A stretch of 64,000 nt of DNA from Opitutaceae bacterium (GCA_051252375.1 JBPOFY010000002.1:448001-512000), one strand, 5' to 3'; counted from the first letter of the stretch, positions 45,153-56,247 are shown. Numbers and translations: made by a program. The notes: generated by a model not told the origin, from the sequence alone.

Positions 45153-46769
45153 ATGCATCGCCGTTATTTCATTACCACCCTCTGCCTGAGCTGCTTGCTT
45201 TGGATGACGGTCGGCTGCACAAAGAAGAAGACCAACGTTGAGCTCGGAAATACCACCCAAGAACTCTATCTCGGCATCGGCGCCGAACCGGCGACACTCG
45301 ACCCACACCTTTCAACTGGCTTAACAGAGTATTCGATCATGATGGCCTTCCTCGAAGGGCTCACCACACTCGACGCAGAGACCATGCGCGTGCTACCTGG
45401 CGTCGCCAAATCTTGGGATATCTCCGAGGACGGTCTGCTCTACACCTTTCATTTCGATCCAAATGCACATTGGTCAAATGGCGACCGCGTCACCCCAGAG
45501 GATTTCCTTTTCTCATTCGAGCGCATACTCACACCACTGTTAGGTGCCCCGTATGCCTACATGCTGTATCCGATGCGCGACGCAGAAGCGTTTCATACCG
45601 GCAAACTCACCGACTTCTCGAAAGTTGGCGCTACAGCGATCGACGACCACACCCTGCAAATCGAACTGGAGCAAGCCACCCCCTATTTCCTCAGCTTGCT
45701 CGCGCATAATACTTGGTTCCCTGTTCACCCGCCCACGATCCTGAAACATGGCAGCATGACGGAGCGTATCTCTAAATGGACCAAAGCGGGCAACTATGTA
45801 GGCAATGGTCCATATCTGCTAAAAAACTGGCGACTCAATACAGAAGTTTACGCAGTCAAAAACCCACACTTTCGCGACATCGAATCCGTCAATTTGAACG
45901 GCATACATTTCCTCCCGATTGAGATCGATACCGAAGAGCGCGCCTTTCGCTCCGGGCATTTGCACATCACCGCCACCGTGCCGATCCATCGCATTGATTG
46001 GTATCGCGAGCACCGCCCCGAGACCATCAACTTCGCCACATCGCTGGGGGTTTACTACTACATGCTCAACACCTCTCGCGGCCCGCTCGCCGACCCCCGC
46101 GTGCGCAAAGCGCTCGCCTACACGATCAATCGGGAAGAGTTGACCAAACACGTCCTCAAAGCCGGACAACAACCCGCCTACCATTTCACACCGCCCAACG
46201 CAGGTGGTTATAACGCCGAAGCCCGCTTCCCCTACGATCCTGATCTCGCCCGCCAACTCCTCGCCGAAGCCGGTTTCCCTGACGGCAAAGGCTTTCCCGC
46301 CTTCGAACTGCTCTACAACACCAGCGAGTCGCACCGCACGATCGCCGTCGCGATACAGCAAATGTGGAAAAAAGAACTCGGCATCAACATCGAGCTACAC
46401 AACCAAGAGTGGAAAGCCTACCTCTCCACGCGCGAAGCCGGCGAGTTCGACATCCTCCGCGCTTCTTGGTTTGGCGACTACGACGACCCCAACACCTTTC
46501 TCAGCCTCGGCGAAACCAACAACGGCAACAACCACACCGAGTGGAGCAGCCCCGAATACGACGCACTGATCAAGCAAGCCGCGGTCACCCTCGACCCCGA
46601 AGCTCGCAAAGCGATTTTCCAAAAAGCCGAAGCCATTCTACTCGATGAAATGCCGGTGATCCCCATCTACTTTTATGTCACCAGTCGTCTGATCGACGAT
46701 GCCGTGCAAGGCTGGTATCCAAGTATCCTCGACAACCATCCCTACCAAGCGATCAAGTTAAAAAAATAG
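45153..46769 (+). CDS. oppA: Oligopeptide ABC transporter substrate-binding lipoprotein
   Basis: Lipobox TVGC, EPATLDP, WSNGDRVT, GNGPY, WFGDYDDP. Confidence 0.9.
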   Translation: MHRRYFITTLCLSCLLWMTVGCTKKKTNVELGNTTQELYLGIGAEPATLDPHLSTGLTEYSIMMAFLEGLTTLDAETMRVLPGVAKSWDISEDGLLYTFHFDPNAHWSNGDRVTPEDFLFSFERILTPLLGAPYAYMLYPMRDAEAFHTGKLTDFSKVGATAIDDHTLQIELEQATPYFLSLLAHNTWFPVHPPTILKHGSMTERISKWTKAGNYVGNGPYLLKNWRLNTEVYAVKNPHFRDIESVNLNGIHFLPIEIDTEERAFRSGHLHITATVPIHRIDWYREHRPETINFATSLGVYYYMLNTSRGPLADPRVRKALAYTINREELTKHVLKAGQQPAYHFTPPNAGGYNAEARFPYDPDLARQLLAEAGFPDGKGFPAFELLYNTSESHRTIAVAIQQMWKKELGINIELHNQEWKAYLSTREAGEFDILRASWFGDYDDPNTFLSLGETNNGNNHTEWSSPEYDALIKQAAVTLDPEARKAIFQKAEAILLDEMPVIPIYFYVTSRLIDDAVQGWYPSILDNHPYQAIKLKK

Positions 46770-46849
46770 TCTTAATCCTAATCTTACTCTTAATCTTAAT
46801 CCCCCATTAAAAAGAGATTAAGATTACGATTAGGAGTCAGATTAAGAGC
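46770..46849. repeat. Inverted hexamer-repeat element
   Basis: (TCTTAA/TCCTAA)n followed by (TTAAGA/TTAGGA)n. Confidence 0.8.
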
Positions 46850-46910
46850 GACCACTCACCACTAATTAATTCACCATTCAATGTTGGACGTTCGACGTTC
46901 GACGTTCCCC

Positions 46911-47828
46911 ATGCTTTCACTCATCACCAGACGCCTGCTACAAGCCATTCCCACATTGTGGGTCGTGGCCACGGCGACGTTTCTGCTCTTGCGACTCGCT
47001 CCGGGCGGACCCTTCGATGATGAAAAACCGCTGCCTCCTGAAATCAAAGAACAGATCGAGGCTCACTACGGATTAGACCGTCCGCTCCACGAGCAGTATT
47101 TCGAGTTCCTCGGCAACATCCTCCAAGGCGACTTAGGTCCCTCTTATAAATATCCGGGCTGGGACGTGCAGGAAATCATCATTCAAGCATTTCCCGTATC
47201 GCTCGAACTCGGGCTCTGGGGGCTACTCATTGCGCTCTCTGTCGGCATCCCCATCGGCACTATCGCGGCGATCAAGCACAATACCTCCACAGAAACCGGT
47301 CTTATGGGCATTGCCACGATCGGCATCTGCCTGCCCTCCTTCGTGGTCGGGCCCATCCTACTGTTGTTCTTCAGCCTGCATCTAGACTGGTTCAACCCGT
47401 TGGGCTGGACCTTCGCCACCGACCGGGTGCTGCCAGCCATCACGCTCGGCTTACTCTATGCCGCGTCGATTGCCCGACTGGCACGCAGTGGGATGCTGGA
47501 CGTGCTGCAAGACGATTATATACGCACCGCCCGTGCCAAAGGTTTGGCAGAGAAAACTGTCATCATCCGCCACGCACTACGCACCGCGCTCAACCCAGTG
47601 GTTGCCTATCTAGGACCCGCTGCCGCCGGCTTGATCAGCGGCTCCTTTGTCGTGGAAACCATCTTCTTCATCCCCGGTCTCGGTCCCTTCTTTGTGAATG
47701 CCGCGTTGAACCGAGACTACACCATGGTCATGGGAACCGTCCTCTTCTACGCCACACTCATCATCCTGTTTAACCTCATCGTCGACATCATCCAAATGTG
47801 GATGAATCCACGCTCACGCCATGACTAG
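46911..47828 (+). CDS. oppB: Oligopeptide ABC transporter permease
   Basis: APGGPF, GDLGPSYKY, YIRTARAKGL, NRDY. Confidence 0.92.
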   Translation: MLSLITRRLLQAIPTLWVVATATFLLLRLAPGGPFDDEKPLPPEIKEQIEAHYGLDRPLHEQYFEFLGNILQGDLGPSYKYPGWDVQEIIIQAFPVSLELGLWGLLIALSVGIPIGTIAAIKHNTSTETGLMGIATIGICLPSFVVGPILLLFFSLHLDWFNPLGWTFATDRVLPAITLGLLYAASIARLARSGMLDVLQDDYIRTARAKGLAEKTVIIRHALRTALNPVVAYLGPAAAGLISGSFVVETIFFIPGLGPFFVNAALNRDYTMVMGTVLFYATLIILFNLIVDIIQMWMNPRSRHD

Positions 47829-47847
47829 GATTATATTCATCAGTCAA

Positions 47848-47929
47848 TGGAGGGCTGTGCTCCGTCACAGCCGCACGGCACACCGAACCGCCTGGACGAC
47901 CTACGGTTGCGACGGAGCGCAACCCTCCA
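47848..47929. repeat. GGAG-type REPIN inside the opp operon
   Basis: tggagggctgtgctccgtcacagcc...ggttgcgacggagcgcaaccctcca. Confidence 0.85.
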
Positions 47930-47977
47930 GTATAACGAACGTTTGTCTTGGCAAGCAAACCCTACCCTATTCACGCC

Positions 47978-48859
47978 ATGACTAAACAAGAACGAGAAAA
48001 GGCCGCGCTTGAAGCGACTTCCCTCGGGCGCGATGCGTGGGAGCACATCAAACGCAACCGCATGGCCCAGATTGGCGGCGTGCTGTTTATCACCATTACA
48101 TTGATGTGCTGGATCGGACCATGGCTCAGCAGCTACAGCTTCAACCAGCAGGACCTCGCCTACGGTCCTCAATCACCCTCAGCGCAACACTGGTTCGGCA
48201 CCGATGACCTCGGTCGCGACCTCTTTGTCCGCATCCTCATCGGTGGACGCATTTCGATTGGTGTCGGCTTCGCGGCGACCTTCATTGCACTCGTGATCGG
48301 CGTCATATACGGTTCCATTGCCGGTTATGTCGGCGGTAAAGTCGAAGACCTGATGATGCGCTTCGTCGATGCAGTCTATGCGCTACCTTTCACCATGATC
48401 GTCATCATCCTCACGGTGACTTTCGACAAAAAGAGCATCATCCTAATTTTCATGGCCATCGGCGCGGTCGAATGGTTGACCATGGCCCGCATTGTGCGCG
48501 GACAAACCAGAGCCCTACGCAAGCTCAACTTCATCGACGCCGCCAAAGTCTATGGTGCCTCACACCTCAGAATCCTCATTCGCCACATCCTTCCAAACTG
48601 CCTCGGTCCAATCATCGTCTTCACCACGCTGATGATCCCCTCAGTGATTCTACTCGAATCCGTCCTCAGCTTCCTCGGACTCGGCGTCCAACCGCCAATG
48701 AGCTCGTGGGGCGTGCTGATCAATGAAGGCGCCAAAAAGATCGATATCTACCCCTGGCAATTGATTTTTCCCGCACTGTTTTTCTCAATCACACTCTTCG
48801 CGCTCAACTTCATCGGCGATGGATTGCGCGACGCGCTGGATCCGAAGGAGACGAAATAG
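47978..48859 (+). CDS. oppC: Oligopeptide ABC transporter permease
   Basis: HWFGTDDLGRD, ARIVRGQ, SFLGLG, GDGLRDALDP. Confidence 0.92.
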   Translation: MTKQEREKAALEATSLGRDAWEHIKRNRMAQIGGVLFITITLMCWIGPWLSSYSFNQQDLAYGPQSPSAQHWFGTDDLGRDLFVRILIGGRISIGVGFAATFIALVIGVIYGSIAGYVGGKVEDLMMRFVDAVYALPFTMIVIILTVTFDKKSIILIFMAIGAVEWLTMARIVRGQTRALRKLNFIDAAKVYGASHLRILIRHILPNCLGPIIVFTTLMIPSVILLESVLSFLGLGVQPPMSSWGVLINEGAKKIDIYPWQLIFPALFFSITLFALNFIGDGLRDALDPKETK

Positions 48860-48894
48860 AGACCGTCTTCAGCTATTCCCCAATTACTTCCTAC

Positions 48895-48960
48895 GGTAGG
48901 GACGCTTGCCCTCAAGCGTCCGCCAGATACTTCGGACGGCTGAGGGCAGCCGCCCCTACC
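48895..48960. repeat. GTAG-type REPIN
   Basis: ggtagggacgcttgccctcaagcgtccg...cggacggctgagggcagccgcccctacc. Confidence 0.85.
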
Positions 48961-49056
48961 TTTACAGATGTGCCGAATTCTCCATCCAGTGAAGATTCCG
49001 GCTCAAACCAAGATTACGTATTGCCCTAGCCGCGAACTCGCTCTTTTACTTCTGCC

Positions 49057-49500
49057 ATGAGCCAAAACTCCCTGACTATTTCTATCGGCACCGACCACGC
49101 GGGCTTCCCGCTGAAGGCACCTATCACCAAACTCCTACAAGATCGCGGACATATCGTCATCGATTGTGGATGCCACTCAACTGAGTCCTGTGACTATCCA
49201 GACTTCATCCGGCCAGCCGCTCAGGCTGTCTCCGAAGGCAAAGCCGACCTCGGGATCGTCCTCGGTGGCAGCGGTAACGGTGAAGCGATCGTCGCCAACA
49301 AGGTAAAAGGCGTGCGTTGCGGTTTAGTCTGGGACGAATGGTCAGCCGAAATGACCAAGCTACACAATAACGCCAACTGCATCGCCATGGGCGCTCGCCC
49401 AGTCTCCGAAGAATTAGCTCTAAAACTCGTCGGCATCTGGCTCGACACCGAGTTTGAAGGCGGTCGCCACATCGCTCGCGTCGATAAGATCGAAGGTTAA
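49057..49500 (+). CDS. rpiB: Ribose-5-phosphate isomerase B
   Basis: DHAG, DYPD, GGSGNGE, HNNAN, FEGGRH. Confidence 0.93.
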   Translation: MSQNSLTISIGTDHAGFPLKAPITKLLQDRGHIVIDCGCHSTESCDYPDFIRPAAQAVSEGKADLGIVLGGSGNGEAIVANKVKGVRCGLVWDEWSAEMTKLHNNANCIAMGARPVSEELALKLVGIWLDTEFEGGRHIARVDKIEG

Positions 49501-49582
49501 TCACCTCTAAGTGCAGTCATAACTTGAAAGATCAGCCACAGCTGTTCTTCTTATCCCTTTAATCCAGCAACCACATTTACCC

Positions 49583-50161
49583 ATGGCCGACAAAAAATCC
49601 AAAGACGAAGACAAGAAGTCCGGAATCAAGATTCAAGAAACCTTTCTCAAGGAGCGTAAAATCTTCCTCTGGGGCGGCGTGACCGACAAGACTGCCAGCG
49701 AAGTCACCGAGAAGCTCCTCTACCTGGAGATGGATGCGCCGGGCAAGGAGATCACTTTCTACATCAACACGCCGGGTGGTTCGATCACAGCAGGCATGGC
49801 GATCTACGACACCATGAAGCTTATCAGCTCTCCAATCACCGTGGTTGTCACAGGTATGGCTGCGAGCATGGGCTCGATCCTGCTGTGTGGCGCCGACAAG
49901 GGCAAACGCTTCCTTTACCCACACTCTCGCGTCCTGATCCACCAACCGTTGATTTCCGGTCAAATGATCGCCGTCGCTGTCGACATCCATATCCAAGCAA
50001 TGGAAATGGAACGCCTCCGCGATGAACTCAACGCGATCCTTGCTGAAAGCTCCGGTCAACCACTTGAAAAAATTCAAAAGGATACCGACCGCGACTTCTA
50101 CATGACTGCCGACGAAGCCATCGCATACGGCCTCGCCGACAAAGTCGTCGATAAGATCTAA
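49583..50161 (+). CDS. clpP: ATP-dependent Clp protease proteolytic subunit
   Basis: INTPGG, AASMG, HQP, DRDFYM. Confidence 0.95.
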   Translation: MADKKSKDEDKKSGIKIQETFLKERKIFLWGGVTDKTASEVTEKLLYLEMDAPGKEITFYINTPGGSITAGMAIYDTMKLISSPITVVVTGMAASMGSILLCGADKGKRFLYPHSRVLIHQPLISGQMIAVAVDIHIQAMEMERLRDELNAILAESSGQPLEKIQKDTDRDFYMTADEAIAYGLADKVVDKI

Positions 50162-50221
50162 GGAACGCTATTGAACATCGAACGTCCAACGTTGAACATC
50201 GAATAGTGAAGTGCTGAGACA

Positions 50222-50602
50222 ATGATCGAAGATTCTTCTAATTCAAAGTTGGACGTTGAGCGTTCAACGTTCGACGTTCAAGCGAAGCGCCAAGATTTCA
50301 GCCCAGCCGAAGACAATCTAAGCGATCTCGAAAAACTGGAAAAGTATTCCGGTGATGTCGATTGGAGTTATTTGCGCCCGCACTACGAAAGCGGCTCAAT
50401 GATCTACGTCGACCCGACCCTCGATTTAAAAACTGCAGGGCTCGCTTTCACCAACGACGACACCGACCAAGTCCAAGCCTGGCTCAAGTCCGGCGATTTG
50501 GTTCAACCCTGCGACCTTCACGTCGAACACTGGAAGAAAACCGACACCCACTTCAACGCCATGATCGTGCGTCCCTTTGTTTTGGCACAACCGATTGGTT
50601 GA
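50222..50602 (+). CDS. DUF2288-like protein
   Basis: WSYLRPH, VDPTLDL, VQAWLKSG, IVRPFVLAQ. Confidence 0.7.
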   Translation: MIEDSSNSKLDVERSTFDVQAKRQDFSPAEDNLSDLEKLEKYSGDVDWSYLRPHYESGSMIYVDPTLDLKTAGLAFTNDDTDQVQAWLKSGDLVQPCDLHVEHWKKTDTHFNAMIVRPFVLAQPIG

Positions 50603-50734
50603 ACGAAGTTAACCGACTCCGCTGGAATTTAACTATTAGTGGTAGCTAGGTTCATCGTAATTTGTTAAGCACCATACTTGGAGGGCAATGCTCTGTCATT
50701 GCCGTTCGCCAAGGGCGCTCGAATAACCTGAGCG

Positions 50735-50826
50735 CAAGTTCATACGCGCGGAAACGACATCAGCTTTGCGAACGCAATCAAGCCGGAGACTGGCGTGGCT
50801 ACAAATTCCAGCGGCAACAAGCGATC
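50735..50826 (+). pseudogene. Possible decayed DUF559 endonuclease fragment
   Basis: YARKR...GYKFQRQQAI resembles the DUF559 G.KFRRQ motif; no intact ORF. Confidence 0.35.
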
Positions 50827-50834
50827 ACTCGCCT

Positions 50835-51548
50835 CTACTCGCTCAAATACCCCGAGAACTGTAACTCCAGTTCATCGAGCATTTCTTCGGTGATCGAAAA
50901 CTCAATCATCTGCGCAAAGCAGTCCAAGCTAGTGATGGCATTTCTGGACGCCTCCTTATCACTTTCGTTCGCCAAGCGGTGGCTAAAGTCACGATTCAAG
51001 ATATTGATGTTCGTGTAAATCTCACTCAAGCCAGTCAATTCCCAGTCCGGAGTCAGCCCTTTCTTTCGACGAAAATACTGAGCCAACACATACATCGAAA
51101 GCGCGCGATATATCGTCTCATTAGAATCCGCAAACGGAAGGTGATGCAATGCCATCGGACGCAACTTGTTTAAATGCGGGCATCCAGAACTCGCCATGTG
51201 AATCCCGATCAAGGAACTAATTGCGGGAAAGAGTAGCATGTCTTTGCGGTGGGTCTCACGATGCGGAGTCTGCACCGTCACATCCACTTTATTGATCGAG
51301 TGTGAATCGTAAAAGAAATCCACAACGTCCACCAAACTCGCAGCCACCGGGCACTGTGGATGTTCTTCTTTATTCAGCGGACAGTGCCGGCATTGATGCA
51401 GCCCTAGTTTCGTCCAACTCGGATAACTCTCACGTTTCGGTTGAATTAACGCTCCAGTCTGACTATCCAATTCCACATCAAACACCTTCTCCGTTTGATC
51501 TGAAAAACGAAAGGAATAACGAATCGTAAAGGTTGTAGCTTCAGCCAT
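50835..51548 (-). CDS. DUF6901-like protein
   Basis: WTKL..HQCRHCPL..CPVA, MASSGCP, PMALHHLPFA, LDCFA. Confidence 0.75.
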   Translation of the reverse strand: MAEATTFTIRYSFRFSDQTEKVFDVELDSQTGALIQPKRESYPSWTKLGLHQCRHCPLNKEEHPQCPVAASLVDVVDFFYDSHSINKVDVTVQTPHRETHRKDMLLFPAISSLIGIHMASSGCPHLNKLRPMALHHLPFADSNETIYRALSMYVLAQYFRRKKGLTPDWELTGLSEIYTNINILNRDFSHRLANESDKEASRNAITSLDCFAQMIEFSITEEMLDELELQFSGYLSE

Positions 51549-51627
51549 ATTTTTAACACTAGCTAGATTGGAGCCGATGAGGCAACACACTTCCTAACTC
51601 CCTCTTACCCATTACCTATTACCTAAA

Positions 51628-52677
51628 ATGCCCAAACTCCGACGCATCATCCACATCGACATGGACTGCTTTTATGCAGCGGTGGAAATGCGTGAGCATC
51701 CGGAGCTGGCAAATCGCCCGATCGCGGTCGGCGGTGCCTCGGGTCGCGGTGTGCTCACCACCTGCAACTACGCTGCCCGCGAATTTGGCATCCGCTCTGC
51801 AATGCCGGTTTTCAAAGCCCGCGAACTGTGCCCCTCGCTCGTCATTCTCCCCGTCCGCTTTGAACTCTACCGTGAAGCCTCACGAGCCATACGCGAAATT
51901 TTCAAACGTTACACCGATCTGATCGAGCCACTTTCACTGGATGAAGCCTATCTCGACGTCACACACCAAAAACGCAGCGGCGCTGAACTCGCCGAAGAAA
52001 TTCGCCAAGCCATTCACCACGAAACCGGACTCACCGCATCCGCCGGCATCGCACCCAATAAACTAGTCGCCAAGATCGCCAGCGATTGGAACAAACCGAA
52101 TGGGCAATGCGTCGTCCCACCTTCACAGATTGATGCGTTCATGCTCCCTCTACCCGTGCGGCGGATCTGGGGCGTCGGGCCAAAGAGCGCCGCTCGCCTC
52201 ACCGAGATGGGCATTGAAACCTGCGGCCAACTGCAAGCCCTCAACCAAACCGAGCTAGCTAGCGAATTCGGTAGCTTCGGCCTCGAACTCTATCGTCTCT
52301 GTCGTGGGATCGACGAACGCCCCGTCGAAGCCAACCGCATACGCAAAACACTGAGCAACGAAAATACCTTTTCAAAAAACTTAGAGTCACTGGAAGCCTG
52401 CGAAGAAGCACTTCTGCGCCAACACCGTGAGCTCATCGAGGACCTGCGAAGCAGCGCACCCGACCGAAAAATCGCCAAGGTCTTAGTCAAACTAAAGTTC
52501 AGCGACTTCCAGCGCACCACCGCAGAGATGCCGGCACAGCAAGCCGAACCTAAACTCTATCGTCAATTACTACGCGAGGCATGGGGCCGCAGCGGTCAAC
52601 CCGTGCGTCTCCTCGGACTTGGCGTGCGTTTCGCCGAAACTGACAGCAGCCCAGAGCAACTAGAGCTCGGGCTATAG
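51628..52677 (+). CDS. dinB: DNA polymerase IV
   Basis: HIDMDCFYA, YAAREFG, SLDEAYLD, KIASDWNKPNG. Confidence 0.96.
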   Translation: MPKLRRIIHIDMDCFYAAVEMREHPELANRPIAVGGASGRGVLTTCNYAAREFGIRSAMPVFKARELCPSLVILPVRFELYREASRAIREIFKRYTDLIEPLSLDEAYLDVTHQKRSGAELAEEIRQAIHHETGLTASAGIAPNKLVAKIASDWNKPNGQCVVPPSQIDAFMLPLPVRRIWGVGPKSAARLTEMGIETCGQLQALNQTELASEFGSFGLELYRLCRGIDERPVEANRIRKTLSNENTFSKNLESLEACEEALLRQHRELIEDLRSSAPDRKIAKVLVKLKFSDFQRTTAEMPAQQAEPKLYRQLLREAWGRSGQPVRLLGLGVRFAETDSSPEQLELGL

Positions 52678-52697
52678 TGCACCTTTTACATCTATCA

Positions 52698-52807
52698 CGG
52701 TAGGGCGCGATTTCCGCATCGCGCCGCACTGCATTAGCTTTCGGTTCGTTAAGGATAACGAACCCTACCATAAAACACGCACGGCGGTGACGGAGCACCA
52801 CCCTCCA
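52698..52807. repeat. REP cluster (GTAG doublet plus one GGAG arm)
   Basis: 52698-52727 identical to 1451-1480; cggttcgttaaggataacgaaccctacc; gacggagcaccaccctcca. Confidence 0.85.
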
Positions 52808-52814
52808 AAATAAA

Positions 52815-52952
52815 TCAATCGCCGGCTTTTTGCATCGACTCACCGAGCGATTCCACATCTTGCCCGAGACCCTTCATCGTGTTGCAGCCCGTGAGCAACA
52901 TGAAAGAAAAGATAAACGAGACAGCGAGTAGTTTTTGTATCATAGATTTCAT
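52815..52952 (-). CDS. Entericidin EcnA/B family lipoprotein (45 aa, absent from the ORF track)
   Basis: MKSMIQKLLAVSFIFSFMLLTGCNTMKGLGQDVESLGESMQKAGD; lipobox LTGC and NT..G.GQD motif. Confidence 0.88.
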   Translation of the reverse strand: MKSMIQKLLAVSFIFSFMLLTGCNTMKGLGQDVESLGESMQKAGD

Positions 52953-52994
52953 GGTTCGAAAAATAGCCCAAACCCTAAAAGGATCAAGTGAAAG

Positions 52995-53804
52995 CTACAA
53001 CTTTGGCACCGCCTCCAGCAACTTCCGAGTATATGGATGCTGCGGATTTGCATAAATTTCGTCCGCCGAGGCCTGTTCTACGATTTTGCCTTCAGTCATG
53101 ACCAGCACCTGATCACTGATGTGCTCCACCACTGCGAGGTCGTGTGCAATGAAGAGATAGGTCAGGTTCAGCTCCTCCTGTAAATCCTGCAACAAATTGA
53201 CGATCTGCGCCTGCACCGACACGTCGAGCGCACTCACCGGTTCGTCACAAATGATGAAGTCCGGCTCCACGGCCAAGGCACGCGCGATCCCGATGCGTTG
53301 ACGCTGCCCACCACTAAACTGGTGCGGATAGCGCTGCATGAAATCTGCGCTCAAACCGACCTTTTCGAGCAGATCTGCCACTCGTGCTTCTTTTTGCGCA
53401 CGCGTCCACGACTTGAAATGGATGTCCAATGGCTCCGCGATGATGCTGTAGATCGTCATCCGCGGATTGAGTGAACCGAATGGATCCTGAAAGATAACCT
53501 GTATTTTCTTACGGTAGGCAAAAAACTCCGCGCGCGACAAGGGAGCCAAATCTTGCCCCTCATAAACGATACTGCCCGCTTCGATTGGCACTAAACGGGC
53601 GATGGCCCGACCAGTCGTTGTTTTACCACTGCCACTCTCACCGACCAAACCAACCGTCTGGCCACGCATAACATCGAAAGAAATACCATCTACAGCCTTC
53701 ACAACATCCACCGTGCGTTGGAGCACCCCACCCTTTATCGGGAAGTGGACTTTTAGATCACGAACTGAAAGCAATGGGGCTTCTGCTGGAACATTCTCAG
53801 ACAT
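52995..53804 (-). CDS. Oligopeptide ABC transporter ATP-binding subunit (OppF-like)
   Basis: [29 protein letters not shown]. Confidence 0.92.
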   Translation of the reverse strand: MSENVPAEAPLLSVRDLKVHFPIKGGVLQRTVDVVKAVDGISFDVMRGQTVGLVGESGSGKTTTGRAIARLVPIEAGSIVYEGQDLAPLSRAEFFAYRKKIQVIFQDPFGSLNPRMTIYSIIAEPLDIHFKSWTRAQKEARVADLLEKVGLSADFMQRYPHQFSGGQRQRIGIARALAVEPDFIICDEPVSALDVSVQAQIVNLLQDLQEELNLTYLFIAHDLAVVEHISDQVLVMTEGKIVEQASADEIYANPQHPYTRKLLEAVPKL

Positions 53805-53865
53805 ATAAAAAGAGGTATAAGTTGAATTTACTGAAGCGCAACTGCCGTTCGCTTTGATTCAATAA

Positions 53866-54783
53866 TTATCCGAGACGACTGCCTCGATCAGGTGCCCCAT
53901 AAAAAAAAGCAGCCAAACCAGCCTGCAATTCACTGTTCGAGGCAAAGCAAACTCCTTGATGATTCATAAAAGTCGAATCCATACGATTCAGATCCAGCGC
54001 TCCACCCGCAAAATCTGTCGCGACGGCCCCGCCAGCCTCTTGAAACAAACAAGCAGTTGCCGCAAAATCCCAGATCGAGCCGCCACCCGCCTTCATCTTA
54101 GGCAATTTAAAGTAACACGCCGGTGGGCATTCCAACACACTGCAAGCGTTCATGACCGCGCCGCCGCCGATCACCACATCCAACCCGCTAAAACCAAATT
54201 GAACGGCAAAGGCTTCCATGCGCGCCACCATCTCCTCGCGATTGGACTGTGTCTCAAAAGTGCAATCACAGTAAAAGCGTAAGCACTGCTGTGAGCGATC
54301 GTCACTCATGGTCCGCGCTTCCCAGGCACGACCATCTCGCATGATGCCTTGCCCTGCAACCGCTCGATACAATGTGCCAACCACCGGATCAAATACCACC
54401 CCCAGCATTGGCTTCCCATCGTGCCGGATCAGCGCAATCGAAACGGCATAGCCGGGCTTTTGCTGCGTAAAGGGCAAGGTCCCATCCAGCGGATCGATAC
54501 ACCAAAAATAATCCTCCGCTAACCGAGAGCCATCGTCTTCGCGTTCTTCCGTCAACAATGCCAATCCATAAGCTTCAAATGTCGGTGACAAATGCTTCAA
54601 CACAATCGCCTGACTCAATTCATCCACTTCCGTCACCACCTGCGTGGCAAGGCTATCGCTCCCGGACTTATGCTGCACCGCTACCTCTTTTTGACTATAG
54701 CTCGCGATCAACGCTCCGGCTTCACGCGCGGCAGCTTCTGCCACATCGGCCAGTATATTCAATGTCTCGACTTCTAGTTGCAT
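53866..54783 (-). CDS. Inositol monophosphatase/CysQ family phosphatase
   Basis: [17 protein letters not shown]. Confidence 0.9.
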   Translation of the reverse strand: MQLEVETLNILADVAEAAAREAGALIASYSQKEVAVQHKSGSDSLATQVVTEVDELSQAIVLKHLSPTFEAYGLALLTEEREDDGSRLAEDYFWCIDPLDGTLPFTQQKPGYAVSIALIRHDGKPMLGVVFDPVVGTLYRAVAGQGIMRDGRAWEARTMSDDRSQQCLRFYCDCTFETQSNREEMVARMEAFAVQFGFSGLDVVIGGGAVMNACSVLECPPACYFKLPKMKAGGGSIWDFAATACLFQEAGGAVATDFAGGALDLNRMDSTFMNHQGVCFASNSELQAGLAAFFYGAPDRGSRLG

Positions 54784-55772
54784 AACCCCTCCTCCTTCAT
54801 TTGAGCGATCACTGAACGAGCCAGACACTCACTATAACTGTGCACCTTCCAATGCCCCGGACTCCAGCCCTTCAAAAAGCGATGAAAGTCAGTCCAAGCC
54901 ACGGCATACAAATTACGCCACTCGCGTTCCACTGCATCAGCATCGACAGCTGGATGCGCCCGCGAGAGCTCTGCCCGTAGCGCTTGAAAGTAGACTTCCA
55001 GCATCCCAGGTGCCTTCGCCTCACACTCGGCTTCATCGTAACAACTCCCAATAAAATACGCCACATCCGACATGCCACATCCGCGGCCGATATACTGAAA
55101 ATCGACCGCCGCGACCGATGCCTCTTTTTTAGAAAAACAAAAATTAGCCAACTTCGCATCTCCATGCACCAAGGTGGTGAAACGAGCAGCCTTCAACTTC
55201 GCGTCAATCGCCTCCGCACAAGCGCATAGCTCTGGGTCCTCACGCAACAACACTTGCAACTCATCCGATCGCGTCTCCAAGTGCCAATAACAACCAGTCG
55301 ACCACAGACCAACGGGGCTCTCGCCCATGAAACGCGCATGCAATGCCGCCAGCCATTGCAAACACAGATGAGCCTCGGCGTCAGTCACTCGACTGCGGCG
55401 ACCAGAAAAACCTGCAGCATCCAAATCCTCCAACACCAACACTACTTCATCTTCATTCGACTCGATACCATAGCACGACGGCACACGGCAATTTGAGTCA
55501 CAACGCCCTGCCCAATCCTGATACCACGCCGTCTCCACCGCATACGATTTCAGCTTTCGTTCATGCGACAAATCCGTGTTCCAACCGCGCGGGTGATTCA
55601 GACCATCCGGCGGCGACACATGTTTCACCACCACACTCGCAACAGTGCCACCTTCCAGTTCATAGCGAACAATGGAACCATAGCCACTCCACAGCCGCTG
55701 AATCATATGCGACGCCTGAATGCCACTGGCACCTGTTGATTTAAGAATCTTTTGTTCGACGCATTGACTCAT
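54774..55772 (-). CDS. Small-molecule kinase (APH/choline/ecdysteroid kinase-like)
   Basis: [23 protein letters not shown]. Confidence 0.85.
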   Translation of the reverse strand: MSQCVEQKILKSTGASGIQASHMIQRLWSGYGSIVRYELEGGTVASVVVKHVSPPDGLNHPRGWNTDLSHERKLKSYAVETAWYQDWAGRCDSNCRVPSCYGIESNEDEVVLVLEDLDAAGFSGRRSRVTDAEAHLCLQWLAALHARFMGESPVGLWSTGCYWHLETRSDELQVLLREDPELCACAEAIDAKLKAARFTTLVHGDAKLANFCFSKKEASVAAVDFQYIGRGCGMSDVAYFIGSCYDEAECEAKAPGMLEVYFQALRAELSRAHPAVDADAVEREWRNLYAVAWTDFHRFLKGWSPGHWKVHSYSECLARSVIAQMKEEGLCN

Positions 55773-55793
55773 GATGATGCACGACTGGTGGCA

Positions 55794-56138
55794 TTAAGCC
55801 TTCTTCACCACCGAAGTCTTCAGCTTCATTCCGCCGAAGCCTGGGATTTTACAATCGATATCATGATCGCCCCCACAGAGCCGAATATTCTTCACTTTAG
55901 TGCCCACCTTGAGAACCGATGACGTGCCACCAACTTTTAAATCTTTAATCACCGTAACGGTGTCACCATCCACGAGAGGCGTGCCGTAAGCATCTTTATA
56001 TTGCGGCTCATCGGATGCTTCTTCCTTCGCCGCATCCGCAGCCGAAAACTCATGCCCACAATCAGGACAAACGAACAGCGCTCCGTCTTCGTAAGTGTAT
56101 TCAGAATCGCATTCCGGACAATTTGGTAAATTTGACAT
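55794..56138 (-). CDS. yjdM: Zinc-ribbon protein YjdM (PhnA family)
   Basis: [40 protein letters not shown]. Confidence 0.92.
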   Translation of the reverse strand: MSNLPNCPECDSEYTYEDGALFVCPDCGHEFSAADAAKEEASDEPQYKDAYGTPLVDGDTVTVIKDLKVGGTSSVLKVGTKVKNIRLCGGDHDIDCKIPGFGGMKLKTSVVKKA

Positions 56139-56247
56139 AAATAAAGTCACGCCCGAGGCCGCACCCAAAGCAAGCGATAATTAAAGCAAACAGGCAGGGA
56201 TGCCGGTCTTAAATCGCACAGCTTTAACGAGAATTCAGAAAAAAACC

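Noticed and set aside
50662..51018. 118-aa ORF as a functional gene
   Set aside because: Chimera of a REP, a possible remnant and the antisense of the DUF6901-like gene
41636..51627. LexA boxes upstream of uvrB and dinB
   Set aside because: No convincing TGTTC-N4-GAACA or CTGT-N8-ACAG seen
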